Positions 1 to 13,377 of a DNA stretch of 64,000 nucleotides are shown piece by piece. How positions within the stretch are numbered: the stretch's first letter is position 1; each line of letters begins with the position of its first letter. The notes beneath the pieces are model-generated. The model was not told the DNA's origin. It worked only from the letters and a program-made list of their open reading frames with translations, and did no database searches. Origin of the DNA: Ginglymostoma cirratum (taxonomy: Eukaryota). The position numbers were made by a program, and so were the translations under genes. The DNA lies in NCBI GenBank assembly GCA_024137785.1, contig JAHRHZ010000016.1:31640784-31704783 (forward strand), given 5' to 3'.

Positions 1-2046
1 AATGATGCTGGAGTGCATGCCTTCCCTTTTTGCTGCAACGTAGGAAGAGAGTAACGATTGTTGAGCTCTCAAAACAGTCTTCAGTTTTTCGACTTTTATT
101 GTCCAAACCATGCCGTTCAAGGAAAAATTATCCTTGAATGCACTGTGTATTGTTGTCTGGTGTATTCCAAATTTTCCTTTTTACTTATCGACATGCTTTG
201 GTGACAAGTAAGACCACCCCTTATCATTTGCAGTTGTGAACAGAGATTCATTTTCCTGTTCAGCATGGAAATACTGTTTTGGTTTCCTTTTAAATGGACC
301 AGGTTCATCATTCGTCACTATGGTGTCACCTTGTAGTTTGTGACCTCACCCTACCATTGGTCAAGCTGCAAGTAGGCTTCTGGATCTGTTTCTGCAACAT
401 TTGGAATGCTGCTGGCTGCTTTCAAGTGTGGAGGCACAGGAAGGTCATTTCTGTCATTGTGACTTATTTCCGAGGCCCCTGATTGTGTTGTTTTGCTTGG
501 ATATTCGATGCGGAGCATGACAGCATTTCCTATAATTTTGTTCTTTTATTCTGCATAGACCTATTATAAAAGCAGCTGAAGGAAAGCAAAACTGCAGGAC
601 TACAGAGAATGGATAGAGGAGTGAGCCTAGCTGAGCTACTCTTGCAGAGAGTGTGTATAGACATGATGAGCTGAATGGCCCCTGTGTTTTTAATACTGTA
701 ATATACTGACTTCATAGATCAGTTCCAAGTTTTTTTCTTATTTATTTGTACAGCCACTGCAAAACTTAATTTATCCTGCAGTGATAGTCCACCTTAACTG
801 AACTGTGACACGAAGCAACAGGCTGGCAAAACCTAAGGGCATGTATATATTTTTCCTGAACTGCACAGCTTCCTGAAATGGAGCTCATGCAATGGCAGGG
901 CAGTCACCGGAGGAAATACGGGTAGGCAGTAAACTATCAGAGATGTGCATGGTGTGAGAATACCAGGTGGTATGATCAACTGTCAGAGATGCTCATGGCA
1001 AAGGAATGTGGGCAGGCAGTGTAATTTACTATCCAGTCTACATGTTGGGGACCTTGGCTGTGCCTGGAGGGATTTTCTGAACATTAAATAAAACATCTGA
1101 TTTATTAAAATTCAGTAAACTTAGTGCATGACAGGAATACATTAACACAAAAGGCCTTGAAACACAGAACATACAGACGTTGTCAATTCCTCATCTTCTG
1201 TTTAAAAACAATAATGGTCTTTTAAGCTTAACAAAAACGCTGTTACCTTTTCTCCTCTGAGCTTTTTCCAACTCTTTCTCCATTGTCACAGCTTATTGTG
1301 TCAAATCATGCACATAAACATTGGTGTCTTTGGAATGGTGTGATATAATAGAAGCCAAGCTACTGAAATGACAGAGTTGTGTCTGCAGTTTACACTGTTA
1401 AAGTAAATCTAAATGAAACCTTCTGCAAACTTGGCTGCAACGTCCTTTGGCGCACATATGCTTTTCAATTTTCTGTTTAGTTTTTGAACTTAACAAAAAC
1501 AAAATGTGTATTTCATTTAAATTATTACCTGGTTAAAAGTTGGTTTCTGGACTATTTCTCAATCGTGACCTCTCATTTGGGTTATGGTGGATATGTTTTG
1601 TAATTGTGAGAGAGGATACGTCAACATGAAAGAAGTCAAGTCAACAAAATTTTCAGTTAACAAAATTGTTTTACCAGGTTAATATTTAAAAAGAACCCAC
1701 ACTGGACTGGAACAAGTAAATTAGTTGATGAACAAAAATGAAAACAGATGTTCAGATAACTGTGATTTATCACAAAGAATCCAACAGACAGAAAATGTCA
1801 GTCAAATCAGTTGAAGCTCATGAGCACAGTTCAAAAGGTAGCACTATACAAAAGAAAAGTCTTCTATTTATATAATGATTTCAATGACTACTAGCATCCT
1901 GTAACACTTTAAACCAATTAAATACTTTGGAAGTGAATCACCATAATGCAGGACAGTGAGCCCAGAGAATGAGAGGAATAAAGATAGTGTTTTGAGCATA
2001 TTTTTTGGCCATTTTACTTGTACTTAAATGTTCCTTTTTGTTTTAG

Positions 2047-2169
<123 letters not shown>

Positions 2170-4009
2170 TGATCAAAGTCTCCTCTAAATATTGGAGCTG
2201 TACAATGGATAGTTCTGACTGAGAATCTAAGAATAGGCTAAGGTGTAAAGTGAGAACTATGACTACCTTTCACTGAGGTGGAGGTCAATAGTAGAAAAGT
2301 GATATAACTAAAGCGAATAATTATGAAAGTGTGCATACCGTTACTGTTTCAGATTTTATTTAAAAGGTTAAAAAAATAGAAACATTGCAGTTTAAATACT
2401 CATGATTGATGGATTTTTGAGAATTTTATGTTCACACACCACTCTTCACTTCCGTGCTTCCGCTGTGTTTAATAAGATAGTGCAGTTGAAGTCATTTCTA
2501 GTACTGCATAGTAAAATACAGCATTACCGTCTGTTTCAAAACAAGTGGAAATAACTATGTATACACTATTTTCAAATAAAGATGTATATCTAAAAAAGGT
2601 TCTGTGATCTTGGTAGTGCCAACCTGGTGTGATGTTAAATTGAAGTGTTATATTTTCCAGTGGCTTATTTGAATTCGAAAGATCCAATTACACTGTTGGG
2701 CGAGGAATTAATTCTGGTGTTCAGTCAAAATTCTTCCAATGAATGTTCTATAAATAGCAAATTGATAAAACGTTAGTTTTGTGGGCTATGGGACTTTGCT
2801 GTACATACCGTAACTGCTATACAGTTGGCATAATAGTTATTACAGATCAAAGTTATTCATTGTACTTGACATACTTTGAATTAGAATAATGCATTAAAGG
2901 TACAAATATTTTCTCCATAATTACTTTGGACTAAAATAAGTAATGGCTCAGAATTCATGTGTTATACCTTTTGCCATATCATTACAGAATAAAGGGAGGT
3001 TTTGTGAATACTTTGTGACATTTGTTTAGGCGTGAAAAGTCTGAGGTTCTATTGAGTTATATGGATCAAAGTTGCACAATGTGACACTGTGTACTTTATT
3101 CTGCAGCTGTTGGCACCATTAATTCCCAGGACTGTGTTTTTCTTTAAACCCTCATGCAAGATTTTAAATTGCTGTCCTCCAACTCTGAGTGATGTTGCCT
3201 AAAATATCGTCACCTTCTGTTCATATTAAGGAGATCATTTCCACTTCTTAGTATTTCTCTGACAAGCTTGTATGTTGGCTTGAAAAAACTGATCTATCTT
3301 TTCTTCCTCATTTTCCTCTGTCCTGGGTATCTCAGTCATTTGTGACATCATTGAACTCTGAGTGAGTCCACTTACATTTGGAGTTGTTATGTTTTCAGAG
3401 CACATTTGGATGTATATAGAAGCAGGGGCTACTGCAAGAGCTGGATGACAGACAAATACAAGTGTTCGATGTGCCCTAATGATGGGTGCAAGAGTAGCAA
3501 CATAAGCGGGTGCAATTGAGTTGAAGAAACTGCCACCAGACCAGTTACACTGGCTACATAGGCAGGTCGTAAGGAGGCAAAATATTTGAAATACATATGC
3601 TTTTATTTGTTATGAATGTTACTTTAACTAATTTAAGGACAAGCAAGAGCGATTAATGGCTTTAGTGTTCTCTCTTCTTCTGCAGCAGCTTTGCAGTACA
3701 CTTTGATGCTAACGTTCAGTAAATTCATACATTTCTGAAACAAAGAAATTTGAAAAGATCCATCCTTCTTCAACTACTTGTTAATTACTTACTTTTGAAT
3801 TACAACGTAATTGAATTGTATCTTTCTGATACAGTCATCTGTAGCTGGCTAGTTACTAATCTGCTATAACAATTATTTGTGAATCTCAAAATGGCTTCTT
3901 TAATATGATTGTTTCAATTCAAAGTGGCACCTTGACCATGTCAATTTACTACAGCAAACGTATTGTTAAAAATGCCTAAAAGTGAGCAAAATTAAACTAA
4001 GCTATTCTT

Positions 4010-5345
4010 ATTTATGGAATGTGGGTGTTGCAGAATTGTCAGACACTTATTTTCCATCCTAAAATGCTACTGAGATACTGGTGAGTTGCCTTAAATTAGC
4101 ATAGTCATTGGGGTGTAGATACCCCTAAGTGCTGTAGGAAAGGAGCTCCAGGATATTGACCCAGTGACTCTGAAGAACAGTGTACTTTGAAGTCAGGATG
4201 GTGTGTGACTTAAAGGGAAACTTGAAGGTGGTGGTGGTGGTGTCTCCAACAGCTGCTGCCCTTGTCCATCTGGGTGGCAGAGGCTGCAGGTTTGGAAGGC
4301 ACTGTATCAGGAGTATGAGTTGGTTGCTGCAGTGCATCTTGTTGACAATATACACTGATGCCACCCTATGCTTTGGCACAGGGAGTGAATAGAAGATGGT
4401 GGATGGTGTAGCGGTCAAGTGGATTGCTTTGACCTGGATAATATTGAGCTTCTCAACTGTTGTTGGAGCTGCACTCATTTAGGCATGTGGACAGCATTAC
4501 ATCTTACTTTTGACTTGTGTCTTGTAGATGGTGGACGGGTTTTGGGGAGAAGGAAGTGAATTATTAGCTGAGAGATTCTTGGCCTCTGGCCTGCTCTTGT
4601 AGCCATACAGCCAGTCCAGGTCTGTTTCTGCAGATAGTAACCTCAAGGATGTTGATAGTGGGGGATTCAGTGATGGTAATATTGCTGATTATCAAGGACC
4701 AATAGTTAGATTCTCACTTGTTGGAGATGATCGATCCTTGGTACTTGTGTGACATGAATGTCACTCATCACTTACCAGCACAAGCCAGGATGTTATTCAG
4801 GTTTTTCTGGGTCTGCATGCAGACTGCCTCACTTTCTGGGGAGCTGGAAATGGTACTGAATATGAGGTGATCGTCATATACCCCTACCTCTGACCTTATG
4901 ATGGTGGGAAGTTCACAAATAAAGCTGCTGAAAATAGTTGGGGATAGGGCATGATCCTGAAGAATTATTGCAGTGATATTTTGGAACTGAGATGATTTGC
5001 CTCAATTAACCACACCCTCTTCCATTTTATTGACCTACCAGTGGATAATTTTTCCCCTGATTCCCATTGACTCTATTTTTGCTAGGACTTCTTGATACCA
5101 TTCTCTGTTAAATGCTGCCGTGATGACAAGGACAATCATTCTCCTCTCCTTTCTGGAGTTTATTTCTTTTGTCCATTTTTGGACCAAGCTGCACTGAGGT
5201 CAGGAACTCAGTGACATGCAGAACCCAAACTTGATGGCATTACCTCTATCATCACTTTGTCGAAAGAGTAGACTGATGGGATAATAATTGGCAGGGTAGG
5301 ATTTTTCCTGTCTTTTTGGACAGGATATACTTTGTATTTTTCCAC
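4010..5345 (-). mobile_element. Decayed CR1-group LINE (family B), RT to 3' end
   Basis: Reverse-complement homology to 5800-7200 along its length, e.g. aagggaaacttgaaggtggtgg vs accaccttcaagttcccc, and gagtagactgatggg vs cccatcagtctactc. Confidence 0.8.
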
Positions 5346-5547
5346 TCAGCTGGGTAAATTATTACAACTTAACTGGGAAGACTGCACTTATTATCAAGCA
5401 TTTGTGTTCCATAAGCTATCACAAATGTGCAAATGCCCAATTAAACTATCAAAATATCAATTTGCCTGACGGACTTCTACTTGGGTCAAAAGTAATTCTT
5501 ACCATTGTTTTGGCATTAACAGACAACAACGATTTATTGTATACACA

Positions 5548-7205
5548 GCAGTCTTTGGCCAGAAGTGCCGAGTGGATGATCCATCTTGGCCTCCTCCAGC
5601 CCTCAGCATAACAGATACCGGTCTTCAGCTGATTCGTTTCACTCCACATGATATCAAGAAATGGTTGGAGGCACCGGATACTGCAAAGGCTACGGTCCCT
5701 GACAACATTGTAGTAATAGTACTGAAGACTTGTGCTCCAGAGCTTCCTGCTCCCCTAGGCAAGCTGTTCCGGTACAGTTACAAAACTGGCATGTACGCGA
5801 CAATGTGGAAAATTGCCCAAGTATGTCCTGTACATAAAAAGCAGGACAAATCCAACCCAACCAATTACTACCCCATCAGTCTACTCTTGGTCATTCACTG
5901 AAGTGATAGAAGGTGTCATCAACACTGCTATCAAGCAGCACTTGCTCAGCAATAACCTGCTCAGTGACTTCTAGTTTGGCTTCCGCCAGGGCCAGTCAGC
6001 TCCTGACCGTGTTGAAGCTTTGGTTCAAATATGGACAAAAGTGCTGAATATCAGAAGTGAGATGAGAGTGACAGCCCTTGACATCAAGGCTGCATTCGAC
6101 TGAGTGTCGCATCAGGAAACCCTAGCAAAACTGGAATCAGTGGGTTTCGGGTGAAAATCCTGACACATAGGAAGATGGCTGTGGTTGTTGGAAGTCAGTC
6201 ATTTCAGCTCCAAGACATCTCAGCAGGTGTTCCTCAGGGTAGTGTCCTAGGCCCAACCATCTTTAGCTGCTTCATCAATGATCTCCTCTCCATCATAAGG
6301 TCAGAGGTTGGGATGTCCATCGATGATTCCACAATGTTCAGCACCATTCACGACTCCTCAGGTACTGAAGCAGTCCATGTTCAAATGCAACAAAATCTGG
6401 ACAATAACCAGGCTTGGACTGACAAGTGGCAAGTGACGTTCGCTCCACACAAATGCCAGGTTATGACTACCACCAACAAGAGACAATCGAACCACCACTC
6501 CTTGATGTTCAATGGTGCTCCATCACTGAATTTCCCCACTATTAACATCCTGGGAGCTAATTTGATCAGAAATTTGCCTGGACTGACCACATAAATGTAG
6601 TGGCTACAAGAGCAAGTCAGAGGCCAGGAATACTCCAGCAAGTAACTCCCCTCCTGACTTTCCAAAGCCTGTCCACCATCTACAAGGCAAGTCAGGAGTG
6701 TAATGGAGTACTCCCCACTTGCCTGCATGAGTGCAGTTCAACAGCACTCAAGAAGCTTGACACCATCAGGACAAAGCAGCCCATTTGATTGACACTGCAT
6801 CCACAAACATCCACTCCCTCCACTGCCAACTATCAGTACTCCCAGCTGCTACTGTCTACAAGATGCACAGCAGAAACTGACCAAAGTTCCTTAGACAACA
6901 TCTTCGAAACCCACGGCCACTTCCATCTAGATGGACAAGGGCAGCAGGTATATGGGGACACTACCACCTTCAAGTTCCCCTCCAAGCCAATCCCCATCCT
7001 CGCTTGGAAATATATCACCATTCCTTCACTGTTGCTGGGTAAAAATCCTGGTATTCCCTCCCTAAGGGCATTGTGGGTCAATCTCAGCATGTGGACTGCA
7101 GCAGTTGATGGCAGCTCACCACCAGCTTCTCAGGAGCAATTAGGTGCAAACATTAAAAACTGGCCAGCCAGCGATGCCCACATCCCACAAAATGAATAAA
7201 TAAAA
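5548..7205 (+). mobile_element. 5'-truncated CR1-group LINE (family B), reverse transcriptase pseudogene with 3' tail
   Basis: Peptides CAPELPAPLGKLF, KKQDKSNPTNYYPISLL, DIKAAFD, GVPQGSVLGP and a decayed xADD motif; in-frame stops; ends in aatgaataaataaaa. Confidence 0.92.
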
Positions 7206-7324
7206 TTCTTTTAACAAGTTGCAGAGAAGGATGATTATCAATGCACAAGTATGCAACTGAAACTGCACTGCTTTAAAAACTAAAGTGCACACGTTTAGTC
7301 ATAAGTAAGACAAGCAAAGGACCG

Positions 7325-7940
7325 ACCATAAGACCATGAGATGTAGCAGCAGCAGGAGGCAATCTCAGCTTTGAATTTTTTGGTTAAAAAATTCCACAGA
7401 TTCACTACCCTTAGAGAAGAAACTCTTCCTTATCTCTGTCTTAGACCCTTTATTTTGCGATTATTGCCACTGGTCTCTTCATACAAGGTTAAAAAGTCTC
7501 TGTCTACTTTGTCAAGCCCCTAAGAATCTTAAATCGTTCAATAAGGTCAACTGTCATTCTTCTGAACTTCATTTGTACAGGCCTATCATACTCAAGCCCT
7601 TAGAGGGTTATAAAATTGAGGGACATATCTAAAGTGAATAGCAAAGGTCTTTTCCCTTGTGTAGAGGAGTTCAAAATTAGAAGGCATAATTTTAAGGGGA
7701 GAGGGAAAGATTTAAAAAGGACCTTAGGGGCAAATTTTTTACACAGAGAGTGGTGCAAGTATGGAATGAACAGTCTGAGGAAGTGGTAGAACATTTGAAA
7801 GATGTTTAGATGGGTATGTGAATAGCTAAGTTTTAGAGGGATATGAGCTAAATGCAGGCAAATGGGACTCTTCAGTTTAGGAAACTTGGTCAGCATGGAC
7901 AAGTTGAGCCAAAGGATTTGTTTCCATGCTGTATGACTCT
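7325..7940. mobile_element. Two HER1/CR1 3'-end fragments in opposite orientation (- about 7325-7600, + about 7600-7940)
   Basis: Similar to the 3' part of the element at 52521-53000 and to 23900-24230 (tttttacacagagagtggt...tggaatgaac). Confidence 0.65.
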
Positions 7941-8096
7941 GGCTCCTCATAAGAAAATTGCTTCATACATGAGATCACCTTCTCTGGGCTGCTTCCAATC
8001 CCAGTATGTTTCTTTAGGTGAGTGCCTTAACACTGATATTATGGTCGGAAAAATAGAGGATGGGAAAACAGAGATCAAAAGTCCAGATCCAGATTT

Positions 8097-8124
8097 GGCT
8101 CGTTGGTCTAGGGGCATGATTCTC
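8097..8124 (+). pseudogene. tRNA-Pro 5' fragment
   Basis: ggctcgttggtctaggggcatgattctc differs at one base from the vertebrate tRNA-Pro 5' end GGCTCGTTGGTCTAGGGGTATGATTCTC. No T-arm or 3' acceptor strand. Confidence 0.7.
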
Positions 8125-8130
8125 TGTTTA

Positions 8131-8444
8131 GGCGCAGCACAGTGGCTCAGTGGTTAGCATTGCTGCCTCACAGCGCCAGAGACCCAGGTTCAGTTCCACC
8201 CTCGGGCAGCTGCCTGTGTGGAGTTTGCACATTCTCCCAGTGTTTGTTTGGGTTTCCTCCAGGTGCTCCGGTTTCTCCTACAATCCAAAGATGCGCAGGC
8301 TAGGTGGATTGGCTATGCTAAATTGCCCGTAGTGTTCAGGGTTGTGTAGATTGGGGGGATGGGTCTGGGTGGGATGCTCTGAGTGTTGGTGTGGACTTGT
8401 TGGGCCAAAGGGCCTGTTTCCACACTGTAGTGATTCTATGATTC
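8131..8444 (+). mobile_element. HE1-like tRNA-derived V-SINE
   Basis: Pol III A box tggctcagtgg, B-box-like ggttcagttcc, V-domain gtggagtttgcacattctccc...ccggtttc, CR1-like tail ending gattctatgattc. Confidence 0.92.
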
Positions 8445-8699
8445 ATCACTTGGGTGGGCTAAGTTGTCCCTCAACTCTTTCCGGTTTTAGCAATCATGAT
8501 ATGATGTTGCATGTGCAGTAGAGTTTATTTTGCAATTTGAAAGCTTCAACGGAAGCAACACAGTAGTTACTATTTTTAGTGCTTTTTTTGCATAGCTAAA
8601 TGTTTTTGATTTTCCAGGTTGCAAAACCCTCCTAGAATTTCAGCTATAAAGCAATGTCTAACTTCCATTCTAGTTTGTAGTATAAAAAGGAAAAATATG

Positions 8700-10260
8700 T
8701 GGTCCCTTACAATGTGCCAGTGATGTAGCTGTGCTGGAACAGCTTTCCTAGATGCATGGTGAGGTCTGGAGCTGAAGTGGCATTGCTGGAAGCTTGTCAG
8801 AGCCCGTAACCTTGACAGCATTCGGTGCTCTAAGTAATGTATTGATATTATGTGGAATGAATTGATTGGCTGAAGATTGTCAACCAGTGATCTTGGGCCC
8901 TCAGGAGGAGGCTGATATGGGTCATCCACTCTTCACTTTTAACTGAAGATGCATCCAAATGTTTCAACCTTGTCTTTCGTACTGATGTGCTGGCACAGAA
9001 TTGGGCCATTCAGCCTATCAAGCCTGCCCCACTATTCAATGTCATCATAAGTGAATGAAGACTTGAATGACTTTTACTCACCCCATCCCTATAAACTGTT
9101 TGCCATTGGTAATCAGAAATCTATTGATAACTGCCTTAAACATACACACAGACTGAGTTTTCACACTCTGTCCTTTGCAGTGGAGAATTCAAAATCCACA
9201 ACCCTCTGAGTAAAACAATTTCTTCTTCATCTTTTGCTGAAGTGGCATACCCATTGTTTTTAAATTGTGTCCCCGGTTCTAGACTCTCCGAAGGAAAATG
9301 TCTTGCCTGCATCTACCCTGTCTATCCCATTAAGCATTTTGAAAGTTTTGTAAGATAGACCTTGTCATCATTAAGGATGGGAATATTTATGGAGCCGTCT
9401 CCAACTGTTAATTGTTTAATTGCCCACTACCTTTGAAAACTGGTATGTGGCGGGATTGCAGAATTTAGGTCTGATCCCTTCATTGTGGAATTGGCTAGCC
9501 CTGTCAGTCGCATGCTGCTCGGCGTGCGAGTTGTTCTGTATAGCGCCTTCGGCAGGTTGGCATCTCGTTACAAGTGTGTATGTCTGGTGCTGATCCTGAT
9601 ATGCCAATCTGTACTCTTCATTGAGTCAGAGTTGATCTCTTTGCGTTAAAGGAAAATACTACAAATGCTTGAAATCTGAGACAAACACAGAGACCTGCCA
9701 TCTCTGATGGGTTTGTCCTGCTTGTGGTACAGGACATACCCAAGGATGTTAATGTGGCATTTGGGATATTGCATGTAGGTTATGATTCCATGAATATGCT
9801 TATTAGTTTGTTGCCTAACTGATAAATAGAACAGTTTTTCCAATTTTGGCATAAGCCCCCAGATGTTGGCAAAAAGGACTTTGTGGGGTTGACAGTTTGC
9901 TGATTATGTTTTATTTGTTCACGGGATGCCAGTGTTATTGACTGGCCAGCAATTATTTTCCATCCCTAATTGCCAAGGCGGATGTGATGCTGTACTGCTC
10001 AGTCCTTGGAGAGTTTGGATACCCACGGTGGTGTAAGGAATGCCAGAGTTTTGACCCAGTGACAGGAAGGAATGGCAATATTTGAATAGTGTGTGCCTTG
10101 GTGGGGAACTTGTGGGTAGTCATGTCCCTGTGCATTTTTTACCCTTGTCCTTGCACGTGACAGTTGGGTTTGGAAGATGTTGTTGAAGGAACTCTGGTGT
10201 GTTACTCCAATGCATCTTGTAGATGATACAAACTGTAACAATTGTGCCATAGTTGATATC
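8700..10260 (-). mobile_element. Patchwork of decayed family-B LINE fragments with a nested HER1/CR1 3' fragment (about 8995-9360)
   Basis: ORF 8576..8929 begins MDDPYQPPPE, like 5572 MDDPSWPPP; 9900-10260 resembles 4010-4400. Confidence 0.6.
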
Positions 10261-10755
10261 ATGTCATCTGTCTAATTTCATTCCTTTTCATAAACTTTGT
10301 TGTAGTCTGATACAATTGATTTGTCTTGATAGGCATTTAAAGAGTCAAAATCCCATTGCTATGTTTCTTGAGTGAGTTGTAAGCTAGATCATACTGGACA
10401 GCAGATTCCTTCTTGCAAGGACATCAGTGAACCAATGGTTGTTAAAACAAATCAGTAATTTCATGGTCATTGTTAGGCAGTTTTTAATTCCAGATTTATT
10501 AATTAAGTTTAAATTTCACTTTTGCTGTGGTGGGATTCAAGCCTATGGCCCAGAGTATTATCCTGGGCTTCTGGCTTACCAGTCTAGTGACATTGTACTA
10601 TGTTACCAGTCTTCTACAAATTCAAATCTATTTTCCACACGTACTTACAGACCACTCGATATTTTTGTTGAAGAACAATTCTTAGTGTGAGTGAAACTTT
10701 TAAAAAAAAGTGTTACCACAGGGGAATGAGTTAGAGAGCTCACACAAAGTAATTT

Positions 10756-10860
10756 CAGAAGTCACGCGACACCAGGTTATAGTCCAACAGATTTAATTGA
10801 AATCTCAAGCTTTTGGAGCGCCATTCCTTCATCAGGTGAAGTCACTGACACTTCCACGTA
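10756..10860 (-). mobile_element. Short Penelope-like fragment with a degenerate hammerhead (rc CTGATGA-AGGA..TCC-AAAA-GCTT)
   Basis: Same family as the arms of 43999-44802; flanked by a 10-bp direct repeat aaagtaattt (10746-10755 and 10861-10870). Confidence 0.75.
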
Positions 10861-11003
10861 AAAGTAATTTTGGATTACTAGAAATATTTCAACAAGCTTT
10901 TATGTTTTAGTGCATTCAGAGCTTCACACATGCAACTACTTTTTGTTACAAATAGTGTTTGTGCTACTGGATCCATTCAAGTCTGTATTGAACTTTGTTA
11001 TAG

Positions 11004-11195
11004 ATCAGCTCCTACTTCAGCAGTATAATCGCAGAGAAGTTACGATGTAACACATTTCCGGATACAGGCAAAAGGAAGCCTCAGGTTAATCAGAAGGATA
11101 GTTTCTGGCTTGTCACAGCTCGTTCCCAACCTTCAATACATAACTGGTTTACTGATCTGTCTGGAACCAAACCATTAACACAACTTGCAAAAAAG
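11004..11195 (+). CDS. MED12: MED12 exon 3 equivalent, 192 nt, [64 protein letters not shown]
   Basis: ttatag acceptor and AAG|gtaagt donor, phase 0-0. Start of the Med12 domain. Not in the ORF track because there is no start codon. Confidence 0.95.
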
Positions 11196-11769
11196 GTAAG
11201 TTACTTTTGATCCATGATTTTTTTTTTTCTGCTGTTAAGTTTATAAGGATACAATTGTCTCATAATACTTTTACATTTTTCAGCTGCCGACTACCCTAGT
11301 ATTTAAGTAATTGTAGTCCGATCATGATATACAGTTTTGAGTTGTGAAGTAGGTCAGTGGTCGGAATGAAGCCAATCTGGCTGCTAATAAAATTCAATTT
11401 GGTAGATGTGACTCTACTTTTCTTTGATTTTTTTTTCTTCTAATTCGTTTTAGTCTACTTTTCAGCACATACATTTAAAGTAGTATCATTGTAGACTTCT
11501 GTGTCAATTAGAGCACTTATTTCAGTAGCTTTTTCCACACCTTTAATGCTATTGATGGTAGACACACTAAATTAGCTTATTCTTTTTAATTGCAGAGAAG
11601 TGATATGAAAAAGGGCTGTTGAATCTTATCCCACCATCAGCTGGTATCTTATCAGTTGGTTAGAAATGTCTTTGTTTACGATGGATGGGGTTTTTAAAAA
11701 AAATATGCCTTTAGAGTTGCTGTTGGCAAGCATTTAGGGTCACAGAAATCAGGAAGAATAAAGAATTGG

Positions 11770-13070
11770 TTTATACAGCAAATATAGAATGATGCAGCAA
11801 GTTCAACCTGTGTTCAACCCACCCTCCCTGTCCCCCAGCTACTTTGGTAAGCTGTTCAATCAAAACCAATCCACTGCTCCAAATAGTTGTAATTTTTTTA
11901 ACCTACAATTATTACCCAATTCTCTTTTGGATGTTACTTTAAATCTGCTTTCTCCATTCTTTCATGCAGTGCCTTTCAACGTATAACAAGTTTCTTTGAG
12001 GGGAAAAATTATATTTCCTCATGTCTCTTCTGACTTGTTTATTGATAATTTTAAATCTGTATATCCTGGTTACTGACCCTTTTACCATTGGAAACAGTTC
12101 CTCCTTATGAACTGTTATCAAATTACCTATGATTTTGAACACGTCCATCGAATCTCCTCTACCTTTTTGCTGCTCTTAAAGCACAAAACCCAGCCTCTTT
12201 ATTCTCCATGTAAGTGAGGTTCATTGGACTGTGACTATTTTTAAATTTTGGCAAACTTTTAAGTACCTTTTCTTTATTTTTATCCTGTTCACTATAACTA
12301 CTATTTCAACCTTTTACCAATGCCTTCACTTCATCTTTCTAGTGAATTCAACAGCAAGGTATTCATTCAGTAACCCAGCATTCCATCTCCACAAGAAAGT
12401 CCCATTTGTCATCCTTAATTGGCCATAACTACCTTTTGACTACTCTTTACTATTTATACACTTATGAAAGATTGGCTTACCTTTTTTAATTGCGACTAAT
12501 CTATTCTCATTTTCTCTTTTTTTATTATTCCCTTTTCTTAAATCTTCACTCGGTTTTCTAAATACTGAATATAACTTCTATTGGGTTAGCTGCACAATTG
12601 TCATGTCTCCTTTCTCTGTTTCATTTTAGCCACTATATCTTTAGTCATTCAGTGAGTTCCAGCTTTGGATGTCCTTTCTTTTGTCCCTACTTCATTTGAG
12701 TCATTTGTTCTTTGAAAGCTCTTTGTTTTACAATTATTGTTTAATCTATTAATCTATTAACTTTTGACATCCCATACATGTTCTCAATTTACTACCTTTC
12801 CTCCATTTATGTATTTTTGATTGTACTTTGTTTTTTTCTGTAACTCAGCTAAACCTGATCATACCATGTTCTTCAAATGCCTTGCCTCACTTTATTCCCC
12901 AGAACTACATCAAAACCGCTTCCCTCCTCACTGGGCTGGAAATGCACTGATCAAGAACATTGTCTTAGGCACATTTCAGGGATTCCTCCTCCACTTTATT
13001 CTTTACACTGTTGCTATCCCTGTTTATGTTAGGATAACTGAAGTTTCCCCATTATTGCTACGTAGTTATT
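11770..13070 (-). mobile_element. Old, highly decayed CR1 LINE
   Basis: ORF 11939..12148 (DVFKII..EELFPM..SVTR..RFKI) is CR1 ORF2 C-terminus-like; the downstream pyrimidine-rich sequence resembles 54150-54900. Confidence 0.55.
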
Positions 13071-13204
13071 GTATTTTTCTGTAAATGCTCCTCTGTCGTC
13101 TTCCCATGATTGGCTTCTACTTTATAGCAGCTCAGTGGCTCCACTGTTATGTGACTGTAAATATAATTATGTTCATGTGTAAGTAACATCTGATAGTGAA
13201 TAAA

Positions 13205-13340
13205 TAATTTTCTGATGAAGGGTCTAGGCCCGAAATGTCAAGCTTTCCTGCTCCTATGATGCTGCTTGGCCTGCTGCGTTCATCCAGCTCCACACCTTGT
13301 TGTCTCGGATTCTCCAGCATCTGCAGTACCTATTATCCCT
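13205..13340 (+). mobile_element. Penelope-like terminal repeat fragment with a minimal hammerhead core (13212-13239)
   Basis: CTGATGA-A-GGGTCTAGGCCC-GAAA-TG-TC followed by the family body cctgctcctatgatgctgcttggcctgctg... Confidence 0.8.
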
Positions 13341-13377
13341 AATATTTATCAGAAGCTTTGAGGAAAATGAAAGGCCA

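Noticed and set aside
1-2046. MED12 exon 1 or promoter
   Set aside because: No MAAFG..YPQDPKQKE-like coding sequence or CpG island was seen; exon 1 must lie upstream of the window.
8097-8170. Functional tRNA-Pro gene
   Set aside because: Only the 5' 28 nt match; the anticodon arm is interrupted and the T-arm and 3' end are missing.
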